The notes beneath the pieces are model-generated. The model was not told the origin of the DNA, did not search any database, and saw nothing but the letters and a program-made list of their open reading frames with translations. DNA of 42,640 nucleotides, taken from sequence record SRR2962707_3069. The stretch is one strand, 5' to 3'. Position numbers and translations under genes: made by a program. Each line of letters begins with the position of its first letter. Within the stretch, counting starts at the first letter, position 1. Positions 17,635 to 27,928 of this stretch are shown here, one piece after another.

Positions 17635-18561
17635 ATGAGTATTATTGAAGTTAGGCATTTAAAAACGCTGACAGCGTTACGGGAAACAGGCAGCTTAGTC
17701 GAAGCAGCTGAACGGGTTCATCTAACCCAATCGGCACTGTCTCACCAACTAAAGGACCTAGAAGAAAAACTTGATTGCGCGCTCTTCATTCGCAAAACTA
17801 AACCCGTTCGCTTTACCAGCGCAGGACTTCGATTACTGCAACTTGCCGACGATGTACTACTATCATTTCGCTCAGCACAAAGAGACATACAGCGCTTTGC
17901 AGAAGGCGAAAGTGGTCGCTTACACATCGCGATTGAATGCCACAGCTGCTACGAGTGGTTAATGCCAACCATTGATCATTTCAGGGAACATTGGCCAGAC
18001 GTCGAGCTCGACCTGTCGACCGCGTTCAGCTTTATGCCCTTGCCAGCATTGGCACGAGGAGATCTGGACTTAGTGGTCACATCTGACCCGCAGGATCTGC
18101 CTAATATAGAATACATTCCACTTTTTCAGTATGAGGCTCAAGTCGCACTTTCAAGACATCACAGACTGGCCAAAAAAGAATTTTTAAACCCTGAAGATTT
18201 TGCCCAAGAAACGCTCATCACTTATCCGGTTGAGCCAGAGCGCTTGGATATATTCAAGCACTTCTTAACCCCAGCGGGCGTCGCACCCGCCAAAATTCGT
18301 CACAGCGAATTAACCTTGATGATGATGCAATTAGTGGCCAGCGGACGTGGTGTTTGTTGTATTCCAAACTGGGCATTAACGGAATACTCAAACCGCCAAT
18401 ACGTGCTGACAAAATCATTAGGGGAAGAAGGCGTTTGGTGTAAGCTCTATCTTGCAATCAGAAAAGATCAGCGCCAAAACGCTTACATGGAAGACTTAAT
18501 TAATACCGCCTCTAAGACATGTTTTAAAAATCTAAAAGGCATATTGTCGCCAGACCTATAG
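17635..18561 (+). CDS. metR: LysR family methionine regulator MetR
   Basis: IEVRHLKTL, TQSALSHQ, AIECHSC and DLVVTSD motifs. Confidence 0.93.
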   Translation: MSIIEVRHLKTLTALRETGSLVEAAERVHLTQSALSHQLKDLEEKLDCALFIRKTKPVRFTSAGLRLLQLADDVLLSFRSAQRDIQRFAEGESGRLHIAIECHSCYEWLMPTIDHFREHWPDVELDLSTAFSFMPLPALARGDLDLVVTSDPQDLPNIEYIPLFQYEAQVALSRHHRLAKKEFLNPEDFAQETLITYPVEPERLDIFKHFLTPAGVAPAKIRHSELTLMMMQLVASGRGVCCIPNWALTEYSNRQYVLTKSLGEEGVWCKLYLAIRKDQRQNAYMEDLINTASKTCFKNLKGILSPDL

Positions 18562-18586
18562 CAGTCCGGCGACCATTTTTTCAGCA

Positions 18587-20095
18587 TCAGGACAAGGTGT
18601 TCTGATGCTGATTACGAGACCAAATCAAACTAAACTTCGCCCCACCAAGATCACTGGCGTCCACCAGCACAGCGCCACCATGCCAAAATGCAATACGCTG
18701 AACAATGGCAAGCCCTAAACCATACCCCCCTGACGCTCGAGTCCGGCTATTATCCAATCGCTGAAAAGGAATAAAAACCTTGTCTCTGTCTTCTATAGCA
18801 ATCCCAGGACCATCGTCTTCGATATCCAACTGCCAACGCTCTTCATCGTAAGAAAAGATAATGGCAATCTTGCTATTGGCGTATTTAGAAGCGTTTAAAA
18901 TCAAATTCTGCAACGCCCTGTGAAGATGATGTTCATCAGCAACCACGGTATCTGGCTCTGGAATATCAATCGTTACCTGCAAGTGCTTAAGCAAAGGTTC
19001 ATTGTTATCCAAGATAGAGCCTAATAATTGCTTAATGCTGGTTTCTTGGAAATTGAGCGCTAATGACCCTTCTTCCAGCTTGCCATACGTTAGCACTTCA
19101 TCAACGAGCGTATTGAGCTCTTCGACATCGTCTTCCAACGCGGTCACAGTATGAACCACAGAGTCATCCACTTCGTCTTTGACCACCTCTAGACCAAAGC
19201 GGAGTCGTGCTATAGGGGTGCGCAACTCATGAGAAATGGCATTAATCATTTCTCTTTGTACTTTAAGCAAGCGCTGAATATGAGAGGACATAGAGTCAAA
19301 TGAGTAAGCAAGCTCTTTAAGCGTTCCGCTACTGTCCGGTATTTCTTTAGGTAAACCACTGCGTCCACGGGCAATTTGACGGGTAAGGTTCTCGAACGTT
19401 TTTCTCTTCAAATCCAAGTAAAACAGTTCACGCCAGATCAATGCCAACATAGCAACAATCGCAATGGCGACAATCATAACCACAATAAAAGTCAGTGAGA
19501 AAGGCGCGGCATGATCAATGGAAATGAAATATTCATCGCCCTCTACGTCTCCCTTCCATAAAAAACCGTGCTTATTATGAACACCATACGTCAAGGTCAC
19601 CCCTTCTACAGAACCGGTCATTTCAGATGAAACAGGTTCTACACTTAAACAGGAAATTGACTGCAATAAAGAGCGTTTATCCGCATAGGAAAGAGGGGAA
19701 AGAAGCAGCCCTTTAAGCAAGGCTTCGAGATGGAATCGCTTACTTTCTGACGCCGCCACACCAACAAAACTGGCGCCAGCATCAGTGCCAAAAGATAATT
19801 GGTAATCACCATTTGGCAAACGTAACCATTTTTTTTGGGCTAGCAAAGCGGTTGTGTTAGCAACACTTTGTGGTGCTTCAAGCGTTTGCCATTTGAATTG
19901 AGATTCAGGCAGAGTTCGTTTTATGCCAGTGGCGAGCAAAGCAAGACTCAGCTCTGCATCCACACATAAAACCTGCTCATGTTTCGCTTCAGTGATGCGA
20001 AACATGGCAAACTCTACCGCGGCATAACACCCCATTAATATAATTAGACAACCAATAATAAGGTGTCGATATAACCGCCACATTTCTTTTTGCAT
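18587..20095 (-). CDS. Sensor histidine kinase (RstB-like)
   Basis: Two TM segments, HAMP-like region, H-box SHELRTP, N-box, DDGPG and GGYGLGL. Confidence 0.9.
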   Translation of the reverse strand: MQKEMWRLYRHLIIGCLIILMGCYAAVEFAMFRITEAKHEQVLCVDAELSLALLATGIKRTLPESQFKWQTLEAPQSVANTTALLAQKKWLRLPNGDYQLSFGTDAGASFVGVAASESKRFHLEALLKGLLLSPLSYADKRSLLQSISCLSVEPVSSEMTGSVEGVTLTYGVHNKHGFLWKGDVEGDEYFISIDHAAPFSLTFIVVMIVAIAIVAMLALIWRELFYLDLKRKTFENLTRQIARGRSGLPKEIPDSSGTLKELAYSFDSMSSHIQRLLKVQREMINAISHELRTPIARLRFGLEVVKDEVDDSVVHTVTALEDDVEELNTLVDEVLTYGKLEEGSLALNFQETSIKQLLGSILDNNEPLLKHLQVTIDIPEPDTVVADEHHLHRALQNLILNASKYANSKIAIIFSYDEERWQLDIEDDGPGIAIEDRDKVFIPFQRLDNSRTRASGGYGLGLAIVQRIAFWHGGAVLVDASDLGGAKFSLIWSRNQHQNTLS

Positions 20096-20102
20096 TAGGC
20101 GG

Positions 20103-20825
20103 TTAAACCTCTTTTACAAAAAGGTAGCCTTTACTGCGTATTGTTTTAATACGACGAGGGTGAATCGGATCATCACCAATCTTGGAGCGAATTCGAGAAA
20201 TGCGCACATCAACAGAACGATCTTGACCGTCGTATTCAATGCCACGTAACTCGCCAAAAATTTCTTCTCGACTTAGGATTCGGCCGGCATTGCTGGCCAA
20301 CAACCAAAGCAAATCAAATTCTGCACTGGTCAACTCTATTTCATCACTCGCTAACCACGCTTCGCGACGAGAGTTATCAATCACCAAAGGACCAAACGTC
20401 AAGGTTTGCTCCGCTTTAGCGCTGTTCGCAGCAGACAAATCAACATCTTGTGTACTACGACGCAATAAGGATTGAACTCGTGCTAATAAAACGCGCGGTT
20501 TAGCAGGTTTGGACACATAATCATCAGCGCCAATTTCTAGCCCTAAAATTTGGTCCACATCGTCGCTGCGTGCCGTTAACATAAGGATAGGTCCCTTATA
20601 GTCGTTGCGCACACTGCGGCAAATGGTAAAACCATCTGCTCCGGGTAACATTAGATCCAAAATAACAAGTGAAGGCTGCTCTTCTACAATACGAGTAATG
20701 GCAGCTCGACCATCTGATTCAACATTAACTAAAAAGCCATTTTTGATTAGGTATTCTTGAGTAAGTGACGCTAAACGCTCGTCATCTTCTACTATTAAAA
20801 TGGTTTGGCTCTCATCCATATTCAT
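20103..20825 (-). CDS. OmpR-family response regulator (RstA-like)
   Basis: VEDD, LDLMLP, GADDY and winged helix DRSVDVRISRIR..IKTIRSKGY. Confidence 0.93.
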   Translation of the reverse strand: MNMDESQTILIVEDDERLASLTQEYLIKNGFLVNVESDGRAAITRIVEEQPSLVILDLMLPGADGFTICRSVRNDYKGPILMLTARSDDVDQILGLEIGADDYVSKPAKPRVLLARVQSLLRRSTQDVDLSAANSAKAEQTLTFGPLVIDNSRREAWLASDEIELTSAEFDLLWLLASNAGRILSREEIFGELRGIEYDGQDRSVDVRISRIRSKIGDDPIHPRRIKTIRSKGYLFVKEV

Positions 20826-20883
20826 GGTTAATCCTCATCCTGATAAGTATTTTTCTAATAAATCGATTGATAATCGCTCGAAA

Positions 20884-21339
20884 TCACCCTTTCAGATGAG
20901 CTTCAAGTTTTTCGATACGCTGACGATTAACATCTAAATCTGAGTAGCCTACGCGTGACCCTGAGCGCACATGAATCACGCTGTCAGCTTCTGGCAAGTA
21001 GAATTCCACATCATCGATATAGCCAAACCACGAGCTTTTTACTTCAATATGCACATAGCCTAATTGACTGGCAACAATTTGCGCGTTGCCTTGATTTAAA
21101 AAATACGATTCTATGTTCAGTTGAGTATCTTTACGGCTACCGTGGTAAATCATTGGCGCAATATAATGCACAGTATCACTTTTTTCTGCTTGGCTAGAAA
21201 CGCAGTTAGGGGTAGTAGGGCACGGTTTAAATAAACCATCTGTCACCCCCAAACCTTCCGGAGGCTGATTGTTCACCTTGATATAGACAAAAAAACCTAT
21301 TACTAAAACAACAACAAAAAGGCTTATCCAGCGAACCAT
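20884..21339 (-). CDS. DUF1499 membrane-anchored protein
   Basis: N-terminal TM, PCPTTPNCVSSQ, DDVEF and RSGSRVGYSDLDVNRQR motifs. Confidence 0.88.
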   Translation of the reverse strand: MVRWISLFVVVLVIGFFVYIKVNNQPPEGLGVTDGLFKPCPTTPNCVSSQAEKSDTVHYIAPMIYHGSRKDTQLNIESYFLNQGNAQIVASQLGYVHIEVKSSWFGYIDDVEFYLPEADSVIHVRSGSRVGYSDLDVNRQRIEKLEAHLKG

Positions 21340-21368
21340 GCTTCTACGACTCCTAACAACTGTTTCTA

Positions 21369-22262
21369 TTATCTAAAGGTGCGTTTACCCGGCTTTTTAG
21401 GTTTAAATTCTGGCTTATCAGTGCCCTGCCAATCAAACCCTTTAGGACGGCGTGCACCACCTGTCTGCTTATTCTTAGTGCGCTTAACATCCAGCTTTTG
21501 CTGCTGAGTTTTTTGAGCAATAGCAGACACTTTCAAATCCACCATAGCGCACAGTGAATTCACATCAGTTTCTTCCATTTCTACCCAACGACCGACTTTT
21601 GCCTTTGATGGTAAGAAAATCGGGCCAAATCGAACCCGTTTCAAGCGGTTTACTTTTACCCCTTGAGATTCCCACAAACGACGTACTTCACGGTTACGTC
21701 CTTCCATCAAACACACATAGAACCAACGGTTAATGCCTTCACCACCACCATCAACGATGTCGGTAAATTTCGCTTGTCCATCTTCTAAATTAACGCCTTT
21801 TTTAAGCGTTGCAATGCTCTCTTCCGTCACTTCACCCATCACGCGAACTAAGTATTCACGATCAATTTCCGTTGAAGGGTGCATCAAGCGATTGGCTAAC
21901 TCACCATCGGTAGTGAATAACAGTAGACCAGAAGTATTGATGTCTAGACGACCGACCGCAATCCAACGCTCACCGCGCAGTTTAGGCAGCTTATCAAATA
22001 CCGTTGGTCGACCTTCTGGGTCTTTACGAGTACAGACTTCGCCTTCTGGTTTATTGTAAATAATGACACGTCGGCCTTCGCCAGCTTCTGTCACTTTTAC
22101 AGAATAACCATCCAACTCGATAGCATCACTGACGCTTACACGATCGCCTAACGTCGCCACAGCACCGTTGACAAGGACACGGCCTTCACGGATACGGTTT
22201 TCCATTTCACGACGTGAACCTTGACCGGCTCTGGCTAATACTTTTTGTAACTTTTCGTCCAT
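21369..22262 (-). CDS. rluB: 23S rRNA pseudouridine 2605 synthase
   Basis: [14 protein letters not shown]4 domain, [18 protein letters not shown]. Start at ATG 22262 after GAGG. Confidence 0.96.
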   Translation of the reverse strand: MDEKLQKVLARAGQGSRREMENRIREGRVLVNGAVATLGDRVSVSDAIELDGYSVKVTEAGEGRRVIIYNKPEGEVCTRKDPEGRPTVFDKLPKLRGERWIAVGRLDINTSGLLLFTTDGELANRLMHPSTEIDREYLVRVMGEVTEESIATLKKGVNLEDGQAKFTDIVDGGGEGINRWFYVCLMEGRNREVRRLWESQGVKVNRLKRVRFGPIFLPSKAKVGRWVEMEETDVNSLCAMVDLKVSAIAQKTQQQKLDVKRTKNKQTGGARRPKGFDWQGTDKPEFKPKKPGKRTFR

Positions 22263-22324
22263 TACGAACCTCTTAGAGGGAATGCTTCTCAGCAACCCAT
22301 TTTTTTAAACATAAAATTTTGGGC

Positions 22325-22354
22325 ATTATAGTCATACATAGCGACGCTTGACAG
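22325..22354 (-). promoter_or_regulatory. Putative internal sigma70 promoter for rluB
   Basis: CTGTCA-N18-TATAAT on the minus strand within the yciO-rluB spacer. Confidence 0.5.
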
Positions 22355-22370
22355 CGACATGTCTAACTTT

Positions 22371-22991
22371 TTACATAAAAGGCGCTGGATCGCCAGCCCC
22401 TACTCGCACAACCTCAACCTTGTCAGAATCCATCATCACGACCGTCGTCGGCTCTAAACCACAGAAACCGCCATCAATCACCAGATCCAATGCATGCTCT
22501 AGGGTGTCTCGAATGTCATAAGGGTCTGTCATGGGATCGGTCTCACCCGGTAAAATAAGCGACACACTCATCAAGGGTTCCGATAACTCATTCAACAAAG
22601 CAGAAACAATACGATTATCTGGAATACGAATACCTATGGTCTTACGCTTTGGATGCATTAGGCGTCTTGGTACGACCGACGTGGCATGAAAAATAAAGGT
22701 GTAAGGCCCAGGTGTATTGTTCTTCAGCAATCGGTATAAGTGATTGTCAAAGCGCGCATAGGTGGATATCTCTGACAGATCTCGGCACACTAAAGTAAAG
22801 TTGTGTTTATCATCCAAACGACGGATCGCTTTAATTCGATCCATCGCCGCTTTATCACCCAAATAACACCCTAACGAATAACCACAATCCGTCGGATACG
22901 CCACCACACCACCGTCGCGAATAACCTGGGCGGCTTGTTTAATCAAACGCGCTTGTGGGTTTTCTGGATGAATTTGAAAAAACTGACTCAA
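22371..22991 (-). CDS. yciO: YciO (Sua5/TsaC paralog)
   Basis: SQFFQIHPENPQ, YPTD, PGPYTF and KRKTIGIR motifs. Start at TTG 22991 after GGAG. Confidence 0.92.
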   Translation of the reverse strand: MSQFFQIHPENPQARLIKQAAQVIRDGGVVAYPTDCGYSLGCYLGDKAAMDRIKAIRRLDDKHNFTLVCRDLSEISTYARFDNHLYRLLKNNTPGPYTFIFHATSVVPRRLMHPKRKTIGIRIPDNRIVSALLNELSEPLMSVSLILPGETDPMTDPYDIRDTLEHALDLVIDGGFCGLEPTTVVMMDSDKVEVVRVGAGDPAPFM

Positions 22992-23081
22992 AACGCACTC
23001 CGTTAATAACATGATGGCGATTAAAAATTCGCCATATCAATCACATACTAGACCATAAAAGCCATTAGACTCAACTCAAAG

Positions 23082-23933
23082 CTAAACCCAATCACGCCAT
23101 ACTAGATCGACTTCGCTTTCATGGATTTGAGTGAAACGGCCAACTTGTGTCCAAGGACCAAACGGCCCATGGAAATCACTTCCAACCGAGGCATGCAAAG
23201 CAAACTCCTGAGATAAGCGCTCCATAAGGCGAACATGATCGGGACGCTCATTACCAGAGGCCACTTCCATGCCAGTCCCACCCCAGGCTTTAAAATCTGC
23301 CAGTAAGCGTTTTAATTTGGTGACGGTTAATGGGTAACGCTTCGGATGTGCCAAAATTAACGCCATGCCTTGATCCTTTAACTGTCCCAAAACAACCTCA
23401 AGTTCTGGCCAAACATCTCTAAGACTGCCCAGTCGTTTGTTTCCCAAGTAACGATCAAACGCTTTATTCGCGTCTTTCACCAGGCCTTTTTCGATCATTA
23501 AGGTGGCAAAATGCGGGCGACCAAGCTGACTTTTTCCGGCCAGAGCCACGGCCTCATCAAACAAATCAGGCAAACCTTGTTTGATTAACAGGTCGGCAAT
23601 ACGGCGAGCTCTGTCGAGTCGAATCGCTTGATTCTCCTTTACCACAGCGTTTAAAGCTGCGTTATTTGGGTCAAAGTTAAGTGCCACCATATGCAGGGGA
23701 ATGCCCTTCCATTGGGTCGAAAGCTCAACCCCATTTAAGAAAGACAATTGATGCGACTCCGCACGAGTGCGCGCCTCTACCAAGCCATCCAAGGTATCAT
23801 GGTCGGTTAAGGAAAAAAGTGTCACGCCTTGCTCTACAGCCAAATCCACCAGCTCCGTTGGCGATAATCGACCATCCGAAAAAGTAGAATGGGTATGAAG
23901 GTCAACTTTGCGGTAACTCGCGTTTTCAGGCAT
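23082..23933 (-). CDS. PHP-domain phosphoesterase (YciV/TrpH/RNase AM-like)
   Basis: DLHTHSTFSDG, TDHD, GRPH, AHP and GSDFHG motifs; sits next to yciO and yciB. Confidence 0.9.
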   Translation of the reverse strand: MPENASYRKVDLHTHSTFSDGRLSPTELVDLAVEQGVTLFSLTDHDTLDGLVEARTRAESHQLSFLNGVELSTQWKGIPLHMVALNFDPNNAALNAVVKENQAIRLDRARRIADLLIKQGLPDLFDEAVALAGKSQLGRPHFATLMIEKGLVKDANKAFDRYLGNKRLGSLRDVWPELEVVLGQLKDQGMALILAHPKRYPLTVTKLKRLLADFKAWGGTGMEVASGNERPDHVRLMERLSQEFALHASVGSDFHGPFGPWTQVGRFTQIHESEVDLVWRDWV

Positions 23934-23999
23934 AGATAGGCTGTTCTTTAAATGGAATGGTAGTTATCATTGGTTCAGCATACATAAATTGGTTTTTAT

Positions 24000-24536
24000 A
24001 TGAAAATATTATTCGACTTTCTCCCTATCTTGGTCTTTTTCGTTGTCTATAAGCTTTCAGGGAACATCATTCTCGCCACCGCGGTGCTGATTCCTGCCAG
24101 CGTTTTGCAAGTAGGTTATAACTGGATACGCTACAAAAAAGTGGAAAAGATGCACCTAGTGTCTTTGGTGTTGGTGGTTTTATTAGGTGGCGCAACAGTA
24201 TTATTGGGCGACGGTGAATTCATTAAATGGAAGCCTACTATCGTCAATGGCTTATTTGCCATGGCATTTTTAGGTAGCCAGTTCATCGGCGAACGAAACA
24301 TCATCGAACGCATGATGGGTGATAAAATTCAGCTTCCCTTCAAAGTTTGGCGTACCTTAAACCTTGCTTGGGTGGCCTTCTTCCTGTTATCAGGCGCCGT
24401 AAACCTTTACGTTGCCTTCAGTTTCAGTGAAGACATCTGGGTCGACTTTAAGTTGTTTGGTTTATTGGGTATGACCATTGTCTTCATTATTTTGCAAGGC
24501 ATCTACCTATCTTCACACATTCAGAACAAGGAATAA
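24000..24536 (+). CDS. yciB: Inner membrane protein YciB (IspZ)
   Basis: FIKWKPT and WVDFKLFG motifs; multi-TM. Confidence 0.95.
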   Translation: MKILFDFLPILVFFVVYKLSGNIILATAVLIPASVLQVGYNWIRYKKVEKMHLVSLVLVVLLGGATVLLGDGEFIKWKPTIVNGLFAMAFLGSQFIGERNIIERMMGDKIQLPFKVWRTLNLAWVAFFLLSGAVNLYVAFSFSEDIWVDFKLFGLLGMTIVFIILQGIYLSSHIQNKE

Positions 24537-24538
24537 TC

Positions 24539-24841
24539 ATGCTTTACTCAATCGTTGGTACTGATATAGAAAACAGCCTAGCGGGTCGCCAACAAGCTCG
24601 CCCAGCCCACTTAGCCCGCCTTCAACAGCTGTTAGATGAAGGTCGCCTTGTGTTAGCAGGCCCTAACCCTGCCATAGATTCAGATAACCCAGGCGATGCT
24701 GGTTTCACCGGCAGCGTTGTCGTCGCTGAGTTCGCTTCACTGGATGAAGCGCAAGCTTGGGCTGATGCCGATCCATATATGGAAGTGGGCGTATACAGCA
24801 GCGTCACGGTAAAACCTTTCAAACAAGTCTTTCCAAACTAA
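24539..24841 (+). CDS. yciI: YciI family protein
   Basis: [16 protein letters not shown] and ADPY motifs. Confidence 0.95.
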   Translation: MLYSIVGTDIENSLAGRQQARPAHLARLQQLLDEGRLVLAGPNPAIDSDNPGDAGFTGSVVVAEFASLDEAQAWADADPYMEVGVYSSVTVKPFKQVFPN

Positions 24842-24859
24842 CCAAGACTCAAACACAAG

Positions 24860-24897
24860 AAGCCGCTCTGTGTCATCCGCACCAGAGCGGCTTTTTT
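24860..24897 (+). terminator. Intrinsic terminator after yciI
   Basis: AAGCCGCTCTG/CAGAGCGGCTT stem plus T-run. Confidence 0.85.
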
Positions 24898-25198
24898 AAT
24901 GACTCTCTTTTACATCGACCTCTTTTACATCGGAATGCCCAAGATCGCGCTCTGGGTCGATCACATCTCGCACTCTTTGCTTCAGTACTTTTGCCTCAGG
25001 AAAGCCATTTTCCGCTTTACGACACCACACTTCTTCGCCATTCACTCTGACTTTGAAAATCCCCCCTTGAGTGGGAATCAAGGTGACGCTTTTCACATCG
25101 TCATCAAAGGTGGTTAATAATTCTTGAGATAACCAGGCTGCACGCAGCATCCAACGACACAATGTACAATATTCAATTTCTATCACGGCTGTTCGCAT
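24896..25198 (-). CDS. SelT/SelW/SelH (Rdx) family protein, Cys form
   Basis: YCTLCRW..RAAWLSQELLTTF, GGIF and RDLGHSD motifs. Start at ATG 25198. Confidence 0.92.
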   Translation of the reverse strand: MRTAVIEIEYCTLCRWMLRAAWLSQELLTTFDDDVKSVTLIPTQGGIFKVRVNGEEVWCRKAENGFPEAKVLKQRVRDVIDPERDLGHSDVKEVDVKESH

Positions 25199-25296
25199 CT
25201 TTCTCTCCACTATTACCACTAAAAACCCAAAATAACTTGGCGTGCCGCCACGCTGCCAATATTATTGGTGCACTCATTATTTAAGGAAAGCCTATT

Positions 25297-25848
25297 ATGC
25301 GTAAAACCTTCATCATTAGCCTTATGTTTGCTGCCCTTTGCAGTCAAGCCAACGCAACAGAAGTTGATATTACCACCAACCAAGGCACCATTCGTATTGA
25401 CCTAAATGATAATGCAGCGCCTAAAACAGTAAAAAACTTTCTCACCTATGTCGACGAAGGGTTTTATAACGGCACCATTTTTCATCGCGTTATTCAAGGC
25501 TTTATGGTTCAAGGCGGTGGCTTTACCGCCGACATGAATCAAAAAGCAACTCACGCCCCTGTTCCCTATGAAGGCGATAATGGGCTAGATAATAATCGTG
25601 GCACCATTGCCATGGCTCGAACACAAAACCCTAACAGCGCAACGTCTCAATTTTTCATCAATGAAAAAGACAATAGTTTCTTAAATGATGGCGCTCGTGG
25701 CGCAGCAGGTTATACAGTTTTTGGACAAGTAGTGTCAGGAATGGACGTCGTCGACACCATGTCTAAGCAACCCACACATTCTGTTGGTCCATACCAAAAC
25801 GTTCCCTCTACCCCTATCGTGATCGAGAGCATCAAGCGTGTTAACTAG
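25297..25848 (+). CDS. ppiA: Periplasmic cyclophilin-type peptidyl-prolyl isomerase
   Basis: Signal peptide ANA-T, FHRVIQGFMVQGGG, AMART and SQFFIN motifs. Confidence 0.9.
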   Translation: MRKTFIISLMFAALCSQANATEVDITTNQGTIRIDLNDNAAPKTVKNFLTYVDEGFYNGTIFHRVIQGFMVQGGGFTADMNQKATHAPVPYEGDNGLDNNRGTIAMARTQNPNSATSQFFINEKDNSFLNDGARGAAGYTVFGQVVSGMDVVDTMSKQPTHSVGPYQNVPSTPIVIESIKRVN

Positions 25849-27862
25849 TTATTGTTTAGCGTCTCCCCAATTAAACTGGGGAGACGACGGCGCCCCCCAT
25901 TCAACCCAATTTGACGATGTTTATTTTGATAAAGACGCAGGACTTGAAGAAACACGCTATGTGTTTCTTCAGCATAACCAACTCGATGAGCGTTGGAAAA
26001 GTTTAGACTCATCCAACAAGAGTCATTTCACAATTGCCGAAACCGGTTTCGGCACAGGGCTCAATTTCCTCTGCGCTTGGCAGGCATTTTTAGCAAGCGC
26101 TCCCTCTGATACGACCTTGCACTTTATTTCAGTCGAAAAATTCCCACTGAGTAAGAGTGCATTGACCAATGCGCTGAAAATGTGGCCTTCATTAGAGACA
26201 TACAGCCAAGCACTGATTGCCCACTATCCAGAGCTGAGCCATGGCCTACATCGCATAGAATTGGCCCAAGGTCGTATTCAATTGACGCTATGGTTTGGAG
26301 AAGCAGAAGAAGGCTTCTCTGCTTTAAACGCCGACGTAGACGCTTGGTTTCTAGATGGTTTTGCCCCTAGCAAAAATCCGGAGATGTGGTCACCTACGCT
26401 GTTTAAGCACATCCACCGACTCAGCCATCAAGGCACAAGTTTTTCGACCTTTACCGCCGCAGGTATTGTTCGCCGTGGCTTAAAAGAAGTAGGTTTTGAG
26501 GTAAGGAAGGTCAAAGGCTTTGGTCATAAACGAGAAATGGCCGTCGGTGAACTGGCAGAGCAAACGCTTTCTCTAACAGAACGCATGTCCCAAGGCGAAG
26601 CTTGGTTTAATGTTCGACAAAACCCTGCGGCTCTTCCCACAAACAACGAAAACCAAAACAAACACGTATTAGTCGTTGGCGCTGGGCTTGCAGGCGCCAC
26701 CACCGCCTACGCGCTCGCCAAGCAAGGCGTTAACGTTACCGTGTGGGAGCAAGGAGAATCCGTTGCTTGTAAAGCATCCGGTAACCCACAAGGTATGCTT
26801 TACCCTAAACTTGCCAGTCAAGACACGCCTGTTAATCGCTTTTATCTCAGCGCTTACTTATACGCGAGCAAACTGTATTCACAACTCGATGATGATGCGG
26901 TTTTTTGGCAGCAGTGCGGTCTAGAGCAGCGCCCTACGAGTGAAAAGGAAAAACAGCGCTTTGCTAGCCTACTAGAAAATAAACTCTACCCAGAATCCAT
27001 CGTCTGTAAACATGGCGAAGAAGGCAGTATATTTTTGCCTTTATCGGGCTGGGTGGTGCTAACGGATCTGTGCCATAAGCTGCTCGACCATCCGCTCATT
27101 GATGTCCAATTAAATACCCGTTTAGACGCCTTAACAAAAACGGGAAGCGTACCGCTGAGTTGGCAAGCCAGCACCCAAGCGCAACAACAGAGTTTCTCTC
27201 ATGTGGTGATTTGTACCGCCAACGATACCCATGAACTCGACTTTTTACCCAAGACACCTGCTTATCCCATTCGTGGGCAAGTGTCGTATTTGCCATTAGA
27301 GGCGGCCAAGAAAGCCTGTTCTAACGCCAATGAAGACAGCGCAAAATTAACGACTGACCATGTCCTTTGCCAAAAAGGCTATGTGTCTCCAGCATTGCAG
27401 GACACCCTACATTTCGGATCAACATACGATGCGAAAGATCAGGATGAAACCGTCAGAACTGAAGGTCATTGTCGTAACTTACGCATTCTAGAAAGCCTCC
27501 TGCATCTGAAAGAAAACACACTTAATGAAGAAGATTGTGGCGGACGAGTGTCCTTTCGCTGTGCCATTCCCGACTACACGCCAATGATTGGGCCAATCGC
27601 ATCGCCTGCAGAGTTGCATAGCCATTACGCCATACTAAGCAAAAATGCCAAATGGAAATGCCATCAGGTGGCCATTGAACAAGAAGGCTTGTTTATCAAT
27701 ATCGGACATGGTTCTCGGGGGTTGGTCTCAACGCCGTTGAGCGGTGCGTATCTCGCCAGCCTGATTACCAATACACCATCACCACTAGAGCAAAGCATTA
27801 TCAACAAGCTTCACCCTAATCGCTTTGTGATTAGAGCATTAAAGCGTAGCAACGCTAACTAG
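25838..27862 (+). CDS. mnmC: Bifunctional tRNA mnm5s2U34 biosynthesis protein MnmC
   Basis: N-terminal methyltransferase (FDDVYF, ETGFGTGLN, LDGFAP) and C-terminal FAD oxidase (GAGLAG, GSRG). Confidence 0.96.
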   Translation: MLTSYCLASPQLNWGDDGAPHSTQFDDVYFDKDAGLEETRYVFLQHNQLDERWKSLDSSNKSHFTIAETGFGTGLNFLCAWQAFLASAPSDTTLHFISVEKFPLSKSALTNALKMWPSLETYSQALIAHYPELSHGLHRIELAQGRIQLTLWFGEAEEGFSALNADVDAWFLDGFAPSKNPEMWSPTLFKHIHRLSHQGTSFSTFTAAGIVRRGLKEVGFEVRKVKGFGHKREMAVGELAEQTLSLTERMSQGEAWFNVRQNPAALPTNNENQNKHVLVVGAGLAGATTAYALAKQGVNVTVWEQGESVACKASGNPQGMLYPKLASQDTPVNRFYLSAYLYASKLYSQLDDDAVFWQQCGLEQRPTSEKEKQRFASLLENKLYPESIVCKHGEEGSIFLPLSGWVVLTDLCHKLLDHPLIDVQLNTRLDALTKTGSVPLSWQASTQAQQQSFSHVVICTANDTHELDFLPKTPAYPIRGQVSYLPLEAAKKACSNANEDSAKLTTDHVLCQKGYVSPALQDTLHFGSTYDAKDQDETVRTEGHCRNLRILESLLHLKENTLNEEDCGGRVSFRCAIPDYTPMIGPIASPAELHSHYAILSKNAKWKCHQVAIEQEGLFINIGHGSRGLVSTPLSGAYLASLITNTPSPLEQSIINKLHPNRFVIRALKRSNAN

Positions 27863-27884
27863 AGCGCACCACCAAAGCAGTAAC

Positions 27885-27928
27885 ACGCCACGAATAGCTG
27901 ATAACATGGCCATTCGTGGCGTTTTTTT
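27885..27928 (+). terminator. Intrinsic terminator after mnmC
   Basis: ACGCCACGAAT/ATTCGTGGCGT stem plus T-run. Confidence 0.8.

Noticed and set aside
23014..23035. Terminator between the PHP gene and yciO
   Set aside because: The ATGGCGA/TCGCCAT stem has no proper U-tract; it is at most a stabilising hairpin.
24896..25198. Selenoprotein
   Set aside because: The redox motif is CTLC with no in-frame TGA.
4498..27862. Dedicated RNA-modification island (rluD, DTW, rluB, yciO, PHP, mnmC)
   Set aside because: The genes are scattered across unrelated transcription units, mostly in their usual conserved contexts.
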